Assembly (NCBI RefSeq): GCF_006345805.1 | Contig: NC_043012.1 | Coordinates: forward strand, 6,200,001-6,264,000 | Origin: Octopus sinensis | Lineage: Eukaryota | Direction: 5' to 3' | DNA length: 64,000 nucleotides | Part shown: positions 25,945 to 39,495 of the stretch, piece by piece | Layout of the letters: every line of letters starts with the position of its first letter | How positions within the stretch are numbered: position 1 is the first letter of the stretch | Program-made: the position numbers and the translations under genes | The notes under the pieces: generated by a model | Database searches by the model: none | What the model saw: only the letters and a program-made list of their open reading frames with translations | What the model was told of the DNA's origin: nothing

Positions 25945-26961
25945 CACTACTGCTACTACTATCCACCTAGGGAGTCTTTACATGGTTGGTTGATCAACTG
26001 GAAATAGGAGACAAACCCAACCCCCGCTCTTTAAAAATGTAAGGGTACATTACATAATGCAGTCCCAGACGTACTAAAACCTGAAAAAAAATTAGGGATG
26101 TTCCTGACTGAAATGCCTTTGATCGCATGTCCAATCAAAGTTTACCTCTGAAACCTACCTTCAGGAATAAACACCTTTACTATCACCATCATCACCAATA
26201 TCACGAAAATTTTTCACCCCACCTCTTTATCGAAATCTTTATCCCAACCACAATCACCACTAACATCCTTATGCAACTACCTTCACTGCTACAACTGTTG
26301 CCACTGTCATTATTTTGTCACCATATTGCCAATGTTGAGGGCCTTAATATCTTTTTGGTCTTTAAGCTATAAACTTTTAGTGAGCATTAATTTTGATACC
26401 AAATTGATGCAAAATTTTTAAGTATCTTGATTACAACTCCAGCTCAAGTGATTTCTCAGGACAGCAGAGATATTTGGGAAATGTTGACACTTAGAAAAGC
26501 ATCTGCTTAGCTTTGGAATTTCTTTGCTTTTTCCTCTTTCAACTTTCCTCCATTTGTTTTTATATTTGCTTTTCTTTTCTATACCCATCTTCTCCTTTCC
26601 CACCTCTGTTATACCTGTGTGTGTAGATATACATTCTGTGTGTGTTGTGTACTTATGTATGTGTGTATATATATTCACATACATACACCATTTGATCGTG
26701 GTCAATGCCATCTCCTCTGGCCCCAGTGCCGGTGGCATGTAAAAAGCACCCACTACACTCTCAGAGTGGTTGGCGTTAGGTAGGACACCCAGCTGTTGAA
26801 ACACTGCCAGATCAGATTGGGGCCTGGTGCAGCCTCTTGGCTTCCCAGACCCCAGTCAAACCGTCCAACCCATGCCAGCATGGAAAACAGATGTTAAACG
26901 ATGATGATGGTGATATATATATATATATGTAAATTTATATATGTATGTATGTGTATATATA

Positions 26962-27005
<44 letters not shown>

Positions 27006-27088
27006 GTATATGTGTATGTGTGTCTATATATGTATATATATGTACCTGTATGATATATATATATGCATATATATATATACACATACAC

Positions 27089-27305
27089 ATGAAGGGTGCT
27101 AAAAAGTTCCTAGCTTTAAGGGTATTGTAAAAGCCCTGGTTGGTGGTCCAGCCTTTTGAGTTCTTTAATAGGGCTTAGTAAAACTGAAGGACTACTGCAA
27201 TAAGCATGTGAACCAAAAGTGGAATATGTTGTATAAAACCATAATTAACTGATCCTCCTTCATTTTATTTTACCCAAAGCCTAGAACTTTACAGCATTCC
27301 CTCAT
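27089..27305. mobile_element. mariner-derived MITE
   Basis: Imperfect TIRs GAAGGGTGCTAAAAAGTTCCTAGCTTT / AAAGCCTAGAACTTTACAGCATTCCCTC; second copy at 39245-39450. Confidence 0.7.
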
Positions 27306-27559
27306 ATACATGTATGTATGTCATTATTCAGTTTATTTCAAGATTTCTTGCCAGTAGAGATAGAACTGGTTTCTAACCTAGATCCAAAGCTCCTTCATTG
27401 GAAATTCAACATCAACAACAAGGTGTTTTTGTTTGCTTGTATGTATGTATGTATGTATGTATGTATGTATGTATGTGCAGATTTGTATGTTTTATGTATG
27501 TATTCTCATGCATATAGTTTCATATCTAGACATGCTCATATATATTTAAAGGATAAACT

Positions 27560-27790
27560 TCTGGAAAGTTTTATAGATTTTTACAGTTCCAGTGATGGAT
27601 TGGATCTGTAGTCTTCAAATTAGCTTTCTCCTTTCTGATTTTGAGAAGCCTAGTTTTTCAAGCCTAGTGTTTCGGCAGTGTGTTACATATCCCAAGGCCC
27701 TAGTAATTACAGGTATAAACCTGAACTTATGATGTAGATAGAATAACTGCAGATTTCTCAATAGTTCAGCATAGGTGTTCTCTTTTTCAC
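27560..27790 (-). pseudogene. RLE-type LINE C-terminal relic
   Basis: YAELLRNLQLFY...FRFIPVITRALGYV...LEKLGFS...LQIQSITGTVKIYKTF. Confidence 0.6.
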
Positions 27791-27796
27791 TGATCT

Positions 27797-27849
<53 letters not shown>

Positions 27850-28673
27850 ACATAACTGTGAATATGTCCAAGGGCCATTATTGTTATGCTAGAAGACACA
27901 TGCCCTAAATATTCCACAATAAAATAAAATCACCAAAGTGTTGCAGTTAACACAACTACAAAACTTAATGTCAATTTATATGTACTAATTCATTATTTAT
28001 TAATTTATATGTATTAATTAGGCACAGATATAGAATAGTTTCAGGTTCAGTCCTATTGTGTGGCACCTTAGCCACATGCATTCTATTATAGCCCCAGGCT
28101 GACCAAAGCCTTGTGAGTGGATTTGGTAGAATTCATTCACAAGGCTTTGGTTTTATATATGTGTGTTTGTGTGTGTGCGTATGTGTGTGTGTGTGTGTGC
28201 GTATGCATGTGGCTCTTTGTTTTGATATCACAGTAGAGTTCCTCATTTCCAAACTTTACTGGAAATGTGTCCAGTCATGGAGAAATGTTACCTTGCTTGG
28301 AAACAGATAAAGATTGGTGACAACAAACGCATCGGAGTGGAGAAAATCTGTCTTAACGAATTCCACACGAGCCATTGCAAACATGGGGAAGTAGACATTA
28401 GAACAATGATGATAATGGTGTCTGTGTGGGTTTGTGTGTGATTTTATGCCGGCAGGATATAGAAACACTGGTGAGAAACTAAAAAAATCTCGTGCTTTAA
28501 GAATAACATCTATTAAGATATAGTGTGTTACACAGACACTTCCTTGTTACTCAGGCCATTGGGAGTGTAGTGAATATTTGATAGGTCAGCTGGGAACCTC
28601 CTACCCAATCAAGTAAGTTGAATAGAAGTGACTGTACAAGGCAAATTTTATTTCAAACTGGCACCAAAATATC

Positions 28674-28705
<32 letters not shown>

Positions 28706-29235
28706 AACTTAACATCCACTTTTCCATGCTTGCATGTGTCAGACAGAATTTCTTTGAAGGAGATTTTCTGAAGCCAGATGTCCTTCCTGTTGCCAATCCT
28801 TGCCTGTTTCCAAGCAAGCTTCTCACAGGCGCCTTGAAACAAATACCATTGTTTTTATGACAATGATGCTCGTTTGCAACCGTCACATGACGTCAAGACA
28901 AGGTGACATGTCACAGTTCTGAACCACACCTATGTTTCTACCTTCTAGTATTTCACGAAATTGTGTTTAATATTGCAGAGGAGGAGGAGAAAATAATTCC
29001 CTTCTACTAAAGGTACAAGGCTTGAAATTTTGTGGGAGGCAGGCTAGACAGTTATATCAACCATAGTACTTGACCGATACTTATTTTATTGACCCCATAA
29101 AGATGAAAGGCAACATTGACCTTGGAGGAATTTGAATGTAAAGATGGATAAAATGCCACTAAGCATTTGCCCGATGTGCTAACAATTCTGGTTGCCTTAT
29201 TAATAATAATAATGATAATGATAATGATGATGATG

Positions 29236-29268
<33 letters not shown>

Positions 29269-29269
29269 T

Positions 29270-29520
29270 GTACTTGATACCACTAACACTGATACCACTT
29301 TCTGAGGAAAGCAAAAGCTGGGTATGTATTCAAAAGCCAACCTCCAACAAAAAGCCAGTCATTTGTTATTCATGGACGACCTCAAACTTTATGGTAAAGA
29401 TGAAGCCCAAGTCAGTTCCTTCGTTGTTACGGTGTATACCTTCAGTGCTGATATCAGAATGATGTTTGGACTGAGAAAGTGTGGTGTGTTAGTCTTGAAG
29501 AGAGGCAAAATCAAATGCCA
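29270..29520 (+). pseudogene. R4/Dong-like RT fragment
   Basis: SHLLFMDDLKLYGK...DIRMMFGLRKCGVL. Confidence 0.8.
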
Positions 29521-29579
29521 TTTTGATCAACATGCTAATAATTCTGCCAGTTCACTGCCTAATAATAATAATAATAATG

Positions 29580-29634
<55 letters not shown>

Positions 29635-31330
29635 CAACAACAATCCCTTCTATTTAAGGCACAAGGCCTGAAATTTTTTTAGCAAGGGAAGTATTAGTTG
29701 ATTTTTTGTAGGGGAGGGGCTAGTCAACCCCAGTGCACAACTGTTACACTTTTTTCATCAAGGATGAAAGGCAAAGTCAACCTTGGTGGAATTTGAACTG
29801 GGACTATAAAGACGAATGAAATGCTGTTAAGTATTTTGCTCAGCATGCTAACGAGTCTGCTAACGAGTCTCCTGAGAGGAGAAAATAATTCCAAAATGAA
29901 GGCTGCATCCATTTCACCTTCTGCACCCATCTCCCTTCTCTCTTTACCCTCCAGTTTCACCTGCCCTCAGTGAGGTGTTGCAGAATGTAGACAAGCTGGG
30001 TTGGGAAGTGGGGCAATGACTGTTTTCCCATCTTTCCCACCCATAACTATCTATCTACTTACCTACCTACTTGTCTACCTAGCTACCTGCCTACCTACCT
30101 ACATACCTTCTTAATCCTATGGCCATGCATTCTTGTGTCTGTGTCTGAACAGACAAGAAGAGATGAGATGGTCATGGTTGGAATATTGTTTGATCAGTGT
30201 TGGCCTGGGGTTAAACGACTACAACACCAGTGACAACAATAATATGGAATCTTAGATGGCTCTATCCATAATATCATTACCACAACCTTTAAATATATTT
30301 TTTTTTACTTTTGTACCTAAAACAACATTGACAATTAGTACAACAGTGGCAAAAATAACTCCTACTGCAATATCATTTTTTAATCTACCCCCCCCTCACA
30401 ACCACCACCACCACCATTACCACAACCACTACCCCCACCACACCACTACCATCACCACCACTACCACTGCTACCACCACCTCAGCCACGACCACCTTAGC
30501 CACCACCACCACCACCACCACCTTAGCCACCACCACCAAAACCATCACTATTACCACCAGCACCACCACTATTTGTATCTATCTATAATCACTTCTGCTG
30601 CTGCTGCTACTATTACTACTACTACTACTACTACTGCTGCTGCCGCTGCTGCTGCTGCCACCCAATCAGGATCATAATTTTTTTTTTACATCCGGCTTCC
30701 ATACTGGTATGGACTGGATCTGCTGTCACAGCCGAGTGGCTCAGTGAGTTGTCACAGCTGAGTTGTTACCATCCTAGACAGTTTTGGAGGACCACATCTT
30801 GCGTACAAGGTGAGGCTGAAAAGTTCATAGGCCGTGAGATCTTGCATTAATTTCAACTCATCTCATTAAGACACCTGCATTGCTTTTTTTCCCCTGTCAA
30901 ACTGACATCTGACTGTTCAAAGAAGACTTCAAAACTAACTTGTTGCCGATTCTCTTGAAATTGGACAAAATTTGGCATCATGATGCCATACAGTACCTGC
31001 AGAAAAAGGGTTTAGCCCCCAATGACATTCATGCTGACATAGTTGCTACATTAGGGGATGACCACTTCAGCTCTGTTAACAATAGGCTCAAGAGTGGTTG
31101 TGTGGTAAGTAGCTTGTTTACCAACCACATGGTTCCCGGTTCAGTCCCACCATGTGGCACTTTGGGCAAGTGTCTTCTACTATAGCCTTGCGCCGACCAA
31201 AGCCTTGTGAGTGGTAGATGGAAACTGAAAGAAGCCTGTCGTATATATGTATATATATAACTAATGTAGGATAAAATTTTTTCGGGAAAAAAATTTTATC
31301 AATGGCCAGCATATCAAAAAATACCTTTAA

Positions 31331-31551
31331 CCCTTTAGTGTTTAAACTGGCCAAATCCGGCCCAATATATTCTACATATTTTATATTCAAACTGGCCATA
31401 TCTAGCCTCTCACACCTAACCTGCATTGACATTCTAAAAATAAACAATCACATCATTGAAACCTCAAAGCTGTAAGGTAATGCATGATTAATTCAAAACA
31501 GTTTAAATAAAAAAGCATAACATTTAACAGAGTAATCTGAACACTAAAGGG
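31331..31551. mobile_element. piggyBac-type MITE, 221 bp
   Basis: TTAA on both sides; 12-bp TIR CCCTTTAGTGTT / AACACTAAAGGG. Confidence 0.88.
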
Positions 31552-32326
31552 TTAAAGGTTAAATTCATAAATAATTTACACGATAAGGGCAAAAGAAAAT
31601 GTATATATATATATATATATATACAAAATAAGAAAATGGAGAAATACATCTAAATATGTATTTATGTATATGTTTATGTGTCTGTGTTTGTCTCCTCAAC
31701 ATTGCTTGACAACCGATGCTGGTGTGTTTACATCGCCTTAACATAGCGGTTCAGCATAAGAGACCAAGAATAAGTCCTGGGGTCAGTTTGTTTGACTAAA
31801 GATGATATGGCCACAGTCAAATGACTGAAACAAATAAAAGAATGAGTAACAAAATGGTCAGGTGGTGGGGGAGGTTTCTGCTCTGTGGGTGCCATGTCTT
31901 CTGACACCTGATCAAAAGTGCATCAGACTGATCTCATTATGAGGAAAATCTGACATTGAGGCAGATCCAGCTGGTTTCCTTGAACATTTCCTAAGCCAGG
32001 TTGAGTGTTGGGTTCATCACTTTGGGCCAGAGACAAAGAGACAATCCATGCAGTGGAAACACTCCTCATCACTTGCTCCAAAGAAGACCAAGGTTGTTTT
32101 ATCAGTAGGGAAGATGATGGCCTCAGTTATTTGGCGGATAACTGTGTTTATGGACCATCGTCAAAAGGGTCACACCATCAATGAAGAGTACCATGCCAAC
32201 TTGCTGAGGCAATTTCGAAAGGCTATCAAGACTAAATGCCCAAGCAAACTGATGCAAGGGGTCTTGTTTCACCAGGACAACAATGTTCCAGCACACAACT
32301 CCTTGGTTTCAATAGCTGTTGTGCTT

Positions 32327-33947
32327 GAGTGTTGCTTTTCCTAGCTTTTGAGTGTATTTTGAGTGTAGCTTTGAGTGTAGTTTTGGTTGACAACTTTTCC
32401 TAGCTGTGAATGTAGCTTTTGAATGTAGCTGTGAGTATAGCTTTGACTGACGACTTTTCCTAGATGCGAGTGTAGCTTTTGAGTGTGACTTTGAGTGTAG
32501 CTTTCCCTAGCTGTGAGTGTAGCTTTTTAAGTACAGCTTTCACCACTTTCCTTAGTTGTGAGTGCAGCTTATGAGTGTGGCTTTGACTGACCACTTTTCC
32601 TATCTGTGAGTATAGTTTTGAGTGTAGCTTTTGCTGACGACTTTTCTTAGATGTGAGTGTAGCTTTTGAGTGTATCTTTGACTGACCAGTTTTCCTAGCT
32701 GTGAGTGTAGCTTTGCATGACCACTTTTCCTAGCTGTGAGTGTTGCTTTGGCTGACCACTTTTCCTAGCTTTTGAGTGTATCTTTGAGTGTAGCTTTTGA
32801 ATCTTGCTCTAAGTGTAGCTTCGGCTGGCAACTTTTCCGAGCTATGAGTGTAGCTGTGAGTATAGCTTTGGCTGACGATTTCCTAGCTGCAGGTGTTGCT
32901 TTTGAGTGTAGCGTTGGCTGACGACTTTTCCTAGCTGTGAGTGTAGCTTTGAGTGTTGCTTTGGCTGACCACTTTTCCTAGCTTTTGAGTGTAGCTTTGA
33001 GTGTAGCTTTTGAATCTTGCTTTAAGTGTAGCTTTGGCTGACAACTTTTCCCAGCTGAGAGTGTAGTTTTGAGTGTGACTTTGAGTGTAGCTTTGACTTA
33101 ACACTTTCCCTAGCTGTGAGTGTAGCTTTTAAAGTACAACTTTCACCACTTTCCCTAGTTGTGAGTGCAGCTTATGAGTGTAGCTTTGGCTGACCACTTT
33201 TCCTATCTGTGAGTATAGTTTTGAGTGTTAATTTGAGTGTAGCTTTGGCTGACGACTTTTCCTAGCTGTGAGTGTAGCTTTGCACGACCACTTTTCCTAG
33301 CTGTGAGTGTAGCTGTGAGTATAGCTTTGGCTGATGACTTTCTAGCTGCGGGTGTTGCTTTTGAGTTTAATTTTGAGTGTAGCTTTGGCTGACGACTTTT
33401 CCTAGCTATGAGTGTAACTTTTGAATCTTGCTTTAAGTGTAGCTTTGGCTGACAACTTTTCCCAGCTGTGAGTGTAGCTTTTGAGTGTAGCTGTGAGTAT
33501 AGCTTTGGCTGACGACTTTCCCTAGCTGCGAGTGTAGCTTTTGAGTGTAGTTTTGTGTGTCGCATTGACCGACCACTTCCCTAGCTGTGAATGTAGCTTT
33601 TGAGTGCAGCTCTTACCACTTTCCCTAGTTGTGAGTGCAGCTTTGAGTGTAGCTATGAGTGTAGCTTTGACTGACCATTTTGCCTATCTGTGAGTACAGT
33701 TTTGAGTGTAGCTTTGGCTGACGGCATTTCCTAGCTGTGAGTGTAGCTTTTGAGTGCTGATTTGAATGTAGCTTTGACTGACCCAGTTTTCCTAGCTGTG
33801 AGTGTAGCTTTGCCTGACCACTTTTCCTAGCTGTGAGTGTAGCTTTGCCTGACCACTTTTCCAAGCTTTTGAGTGTAGCTTTTGAATGTTGCTGTGAGTG
33901 TAGCTTTGAGTGTTGCTTTTGAGTGTAGCTTTAGCTGACCACTTTTC
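32327..33947. repeat. Complex minisatellite built from GAGTGTAGCTTT(T) and GGCTGACCACTTTTCCTAGCTGT modules
   Basis: Seen directly; lies inside the mariner transposase relic. Confidence 0.95.
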
Positions 33948-34749
33948 ATATTATGATTTGGCCCCATCTGACTATTATTTCTTCTCCAACATGAAAAAAA
34001 ATTTGGCCAGGAACCAGTATCACAGTGATGATGTCATATCTGCTTTTGCTTTTTCACTAATAGGACCTTCTTCACCAATGGGACCCAAGTATTGCAACAC
34101 CAATGGAAGAGGGGTGGGGGCCACAAGGAGTGGTTATATCTATGGCATAGGAGAAAGGGTAGATGGGGAAAGAGAAAGTAAGAGACAGAGAGATGTGAGG
34201 GTTGGATAGATCTAATGCTGTACATAACTACAAAAGGCAGTGTTGTCCGGTTCATTGGAGAGAGAGAGAGAGAGAGAGAGAGTGTGTGGTGGGGGGGATG
34301 GAATAAATGATGGCAAGATGTGAGATAGAGATGAACGAGACAGTAAGCATAAGTGACTGAGATGATTGATAAGAATGAATGGGATAAAGAACAGGAGTGA
34401 TGAGTGATGAGTGATGAGTGATAGAAATTAATGGTAAGGAGATGAGAGTGAACAAAGAGGCATGCACATATATAAGTGCGCGCACACACACATACACACA
34501 CATACACACACGGTATGTATATGAGATCTTTACAAAAAATATCTGCTTTTGAATTTCAAATAGAAAAACAAAAACCAAAAAATTAAACAAAAAGTGAAAC
34601 ATAAAAAAATGCAAGTCAGAGATTTAGGTGAGTTAATTTTTCACAGGTCATTGAAAGGAGTGGATGGGTAGGTCATGGTTGTACTAGTGTGTATGTGTGT
34701 GTACACGTGCATGCACGTATATATGATATTTATATATATGTTGAAAATA

Positions 34750-34793
<44 letters not shown>

Positions 34794-34821
34794 AAGATGT
34801 ATGTATATTTATACATAAATG

Positions 34822-34852
<31 letters not shown>

Positions 34853-34907
34853 TATATGTATATATATGTATATAATAAAGATGTATGTATATATTTATAC
34901 ATAAATG

Positions 34908-34938
<31 letters not shown>

Positions 34939-35166
34939 CTATATATGTATATATATAAGATGTATGTATAATTATTACATAAATGCATATATTAATATAC
35001 ACATGTATTCATATATACATGTACACATAGGCATAGAAGTGGTTGTGTGGTAAGTAGCTTGCTTATGAACCACATGGTTCTGGGTTCAGTCCCACTGTGT
35101 GGCACCTTGAGCAATATATATATATATATGCATATATATATATATATGCATATATATATATATATG

Positions 35167-35259
<93 letters not shown>

Positions 35260-35269
35260 TTATATATTT

Positions 35270-35485
35270 ATTGATAAAAATGGTAAGACAACAAAAGAAT
35301 GAAAGAGACCTCGATATTATGTAAATAGAGGAATTTATCTGTAAATGTAATAAGTGACAATTATTCGGTAGCCAAGATAAAACTCCGAGTTTCGGATGTG
35401 GAGGTGGAAATCCACATTGCCATCTCTTTAGTTATCCAGCCAACGGAAAAATGCTATGGCTGGATAACTGAAAGATGGGGGCATC
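35270..35485 (-). mobile_element. Penelope-like terminal-repeat fragment with a fold-back end
   Basis: 22-bp inverted arms (35420-35442 / 35457-35478), hammerhead-like motif, flanked by (TA)n. Confidence 0.5.
35376..35436 (-). ncRNA. Degenerate type I hammerhead-like motif
   Basis: GAUAA CUAAAGA [stem II with AUGUGGA/UCCACAU] GAAA CUC-G-GAG UU UUAUC; G5 replaced by A in this copy. Confidence 0.4.
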
Positions 35486-35652
35486 TATATATATACACAC
35501 ATATATACATATATATTATATATATATATTTGTTAAATGATATATATGTATGCATACATATATGTAATTATGTGTGTGTGTATATATATATAAAATTATG
35601 TATATATGTATATATATTAAATTATGTATGTGTTTGTATATGTGTATATATG

Positions 35653-35700
<48 letters not shown>

Positions 35701-37659
35701 TATACAAACACATACATAATTTCATATATATACATATATATATATACTTGCACATGCACACTCACAAAATAAGCTTTCCTTAATATATATATTTTACTGC
35801 TCTCGGTTAATTTTTGTGTCATTGTTGATTGATTTATTAGATGATAGCTACATAGAAAGGTAGGTAGTATGTCAATAGGTGTATAGGTTGGTAGGTAATT
35901 AAATAGATTGGTAGATAAAAAAAAGATAAGGTGATCAAAGAGTGCCCCCCTCCACTGAATGTTCGTTGGTGGTGTTTGTTCGGTTTCTTGGTATTTTCAT
36001 TTTCAAATACTTTTATAACATTTCAATTCTAGTGCCTCACCTGTTTCTGTTACTGATCACATGAATAGAAAAACAGACACAGGTAGATATATATGAACAC
36101 ACATGCACACACCTACATAGAAACAGACACACAGACACACACACACGTATGCATATGGATACATATACATATGTATATATATGTAAAACAAAAATAGGTA
36201 TGCATCGATTATAATCCTCTTCACCACCACCTCTTTCACCACCACCACCACCAGCATATCGCACACACACACTCATTGTGTCTTTTTCTCTCTCTCTCCC
36301 TTTCTTTTTCTGTCATTCACGTTGCCTGCCACTACAATTTTTCTACCTCCCGCCACCACTATTACTGCCACCATCATCACCCCCACCACCACCATCACGT
36401 CCTCTTACATCACACACTGCCTGTTTCTACCGGTCTGGTCTGTCTTGCCCCCGCCGTAAGCATGATCTGATGGTGACGCAACGGGGCACGCCGTTTTGTT
36501 GACGACAACATTAATAATAACATCGGTGCCACATCTCAGAATATTAATCTATCTAATTCTGCTCCTGCACCTCACCTTTAAACAGCCTCCCCTACAGCAC
36601 CAAAATAACCTCTCTCTATCTCTCTCTCTCCATCACAAAAGCATATCTATAAAGCAGAAAGAGAACGAAGGATTTAGAAAAAAGAAAAAACATTGGCCAC
36701 AACATCTGAAAAACAAAAAAAACATCAAATAACAAAAATGCATGAGAACAAACTATATATTTGAATACCACATTGTTTTGTTTTTATATTAATACACTTT
36801 GGAACTTTGGATTTAATTTACAACTGTCTGATTGTCTATATATTTATTCATTCAACTTTTAACTAATATTCTACATAATATATATATATATATATACATC
36901 AATATCTGCCCATCAACATACATTCATACACACAGACTCTTAAACATATACATATATAACAAGTACAAATATATTTAATGAGTGTAAAATACACATTGAA
37001 GAAAATACACACAATATATATATATACACCCTCTACGAAGATAATTTTGGATCTCGGATTTAATAGGTAAAAATCACCTTTATCATAAGTATTCTATACA
37101 TCTAATAACTATATCTATTTATCCATAACTATATATATATATATATATATAATATATATACATATAGATATATTTACCAGTACAAGTATATTACATAACT
37201 GGAAAGCACTTAGTTAATACCAATTCCAGTTCTGCAAATTGTACAGGAACCAATATATATATATATATTTATATGTATATATGTATCATATATGTTTGTG
37301 TATAGATGTGTGCTCCAATTTATCAGGATTTACAGTAAAACATAGTAAGTATTGACTTCAAACTTCTAATATTTTCTATTGTTCTCATGTTGATCAATAT
37401 TTGTTCACTTACTCTATGTGCTGTGTTGTGTGTGTGTGTGTGCATGCTGGCACAAGTATATGTATAAAATATATATAGATAATTATTTTATATATATATA
37501 CATAATATGTAATATGATGGTCTATATATTTAATATGCATGATACATTCTATATATATATATATATATATTTACATATTCAGATATAGATAAAGATGCAA
37601 GTATATATATGTATGTGTGTGTGTGTTTATGTATATATATATATATATATATGTAGTAT

Positions 37660-37862
37660 GTGACCTTGTGAATACCACCGGCAATTTTTTTTCCTCTGTC
37701 CTCCCGTCTCGGGATCTTTCCTTCTCCTTGTTTCCGATGAAGAGCTCCGCTCGAAACGTCAAACCCTCCTTCTTCCCTTCTTTCCTGAGCGTCCAATAAT
37801 ACTTTATTTGTTCCACATCCTTGCGTTGTTGTCTTTTTGTATTCTTGTTTGGATTAACTTTA
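37660..37862 (+). mobile_element. Penelope-like terminal-repeat fragment
   Basis: Carries a minimal hammerhead motif; T-rich tail between (TA)n tracts. Confidence 0.55.
37730..37764 (+). ncRNA. Minimal type I hammerhead ribozyme motif
   Basis: GUUU CCGAUGA A GAGC-UCC-GCUC GAAA CG UC AAAC: stem I 4 bp, stem II 4 bp, palindromic ACGU stem III, GUC site at 37760. Confidence 0.65.
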
Positions 37863-38499
37863 TATATATATATAAATGTGTGTGTGTGTGTGTAGATAAA
37901 TTTAAAGTGTATTCCGTTAGGAACGTATCAGGGTACAAAATATGAGGTCAGTGATTATATACCACCTGAGGAGGTACAACTGGATCCCATTATACAGGTA
38001 AACTGTTGCTGAATTTAAATCCTGTATATCTGTGGATCTATGTTGTATCAAAACATGTGTAGTGTTTATTAAATAGCTGTCTAAATGTAATTCTTCCTGT
38101 TGACTGCATTTATTCAATTTATATATACATGTATACATACATACATACACACACACATACATACATACACACATACATACATATATATGTATATATATAC
38201 ATACATATATACATACACATATTTATATATTTGTATACACATACTCATACATATATACATCCATACATACATACATATATGCACACACACACACACATAC
38301 ACAAGTTAGCACATAGCAAAATAATGTGGAAAAAATTGTACTTGAATACCAAAGGTAGAGTAAAGTACTATTTTATTGACTAGTCCGTTTACTTGTCTAT
38401 GATATCACAACAGACTGTTTATAACTGATAAACAGTTATGTGAAATTCTGAGTAGCAGCTTAAGTTTTTTCCAGCTTCAGCAAAATAGGATATATACTC

Positions 38500-38900
38500 T
38501 TTACTCTTTTACTTGTTTCAGTCATTTGACTGTGGCCATGCTGGAGCACAACCTTTAGTCCAGGACTTATTCTTTGTAATAAGCCTAGTACTTATTCTAT
38601 CAGTCTCTTTTGCTGAACCGTTAAGTCACGGGGATGCAAACACACCAAGCGATGTTGGGGGGACAAACACAGACACACAAACACACACACACACACACCG
38701 CCACACACATAAGTATATATATATATATATATATATACATATATACGACAGGCTTCTTTCAGTTTCCATCTACCAAATCCACTCACAAGGCTTTGGTCGA
38801 CCCCGAGGCTATAGTAGAAGACACTTGCCCGAGGTGCCACGCAGTGGAACTGAGCCCAGAACCATGTGGTTGGTAAGCAAGTTACTTACCACACAACCAC
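38500..38900 (-). mobile_element. SINE family A
   Basis: Full-length antisense copy. Confidence 0.88.
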
Positions 38901-39153
38901 TCCTGCGCCTATGTATACGTCTATATATTAACATATAAAATGCACTTGATTCATAATATGCGTATGTGTGTGTGTTGTTTGGAAACAGATCATAACAAAT
39001 TTCTAATTATGCAATCATTCACATGCACACATGTGCGTATAAGTATGCCAAAAGGGTTTGGGATCTAATGATACGCCATAAAGCCAAGCCCTTTATCCTG
39101 AACATGAAACCTTCGGTAATCCCATAAACCAGCCTTATCTAACTTTAAAATAT

Positions 39154-39185
<32 letters not shown>

Positions 39186-39244
39186 ATATAAATACGTATG
39201 TACATACATTCACACATACATATGTATGTACATACACACATACA

Positions 39245-39450
39245 TACAAGCGGGTGCTGTAAAGTGTCTGGCTTTAAGGGGGTCCCAAAACGCCTGGTTG
39301 GAGGCCCGACCTCCCGAGTTCTTTTACGTGGCTTAAAAAAATTTGAAGGACCACTGCCATAAGTGTGTGAATAAAATCATAATTAACTGACCCATCTGTA
39401 TTTCCTTTTTACCCAAAGCTAGGAACTTTTCAGCAACCCCTAACCTCATG
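39245..39450. mobile_element. mariner-derived MITE
   Basis: Homologous to 27089-27305; TIR-like ends GGTGCTGTAAAG / GAACTTTTCAGCAACC. Confidence 0.65.
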
Positions 39451-39451
39451 C

Positions 39452-39495
<44 letters not shown>

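Larger units (their letters stand above)
30804..34135 (+). mobile_element. Second mariner element, fragmented by SINE A, a piggyBac MITE and a 1.6-kb satellite
   Basis: 5' TIR TACAAGGTGAGGCTGAAAAGTTC; HTH LDKIWHHDAIQYLQKKGL (30940); WVPCLLTPDQK, LFHQDN (31880-32320); YYDLAPSDYYFF (33950); no 3' TIR seen. Confidence 0.85.

Noticed and set aside
33203-33864. Repetitive basic protein ORFs (KATLTARKS / QPKLHSK)
   Set aside because: Antisense translation of the satellite; frames are broken and module lengths are not consistently multiples of three.
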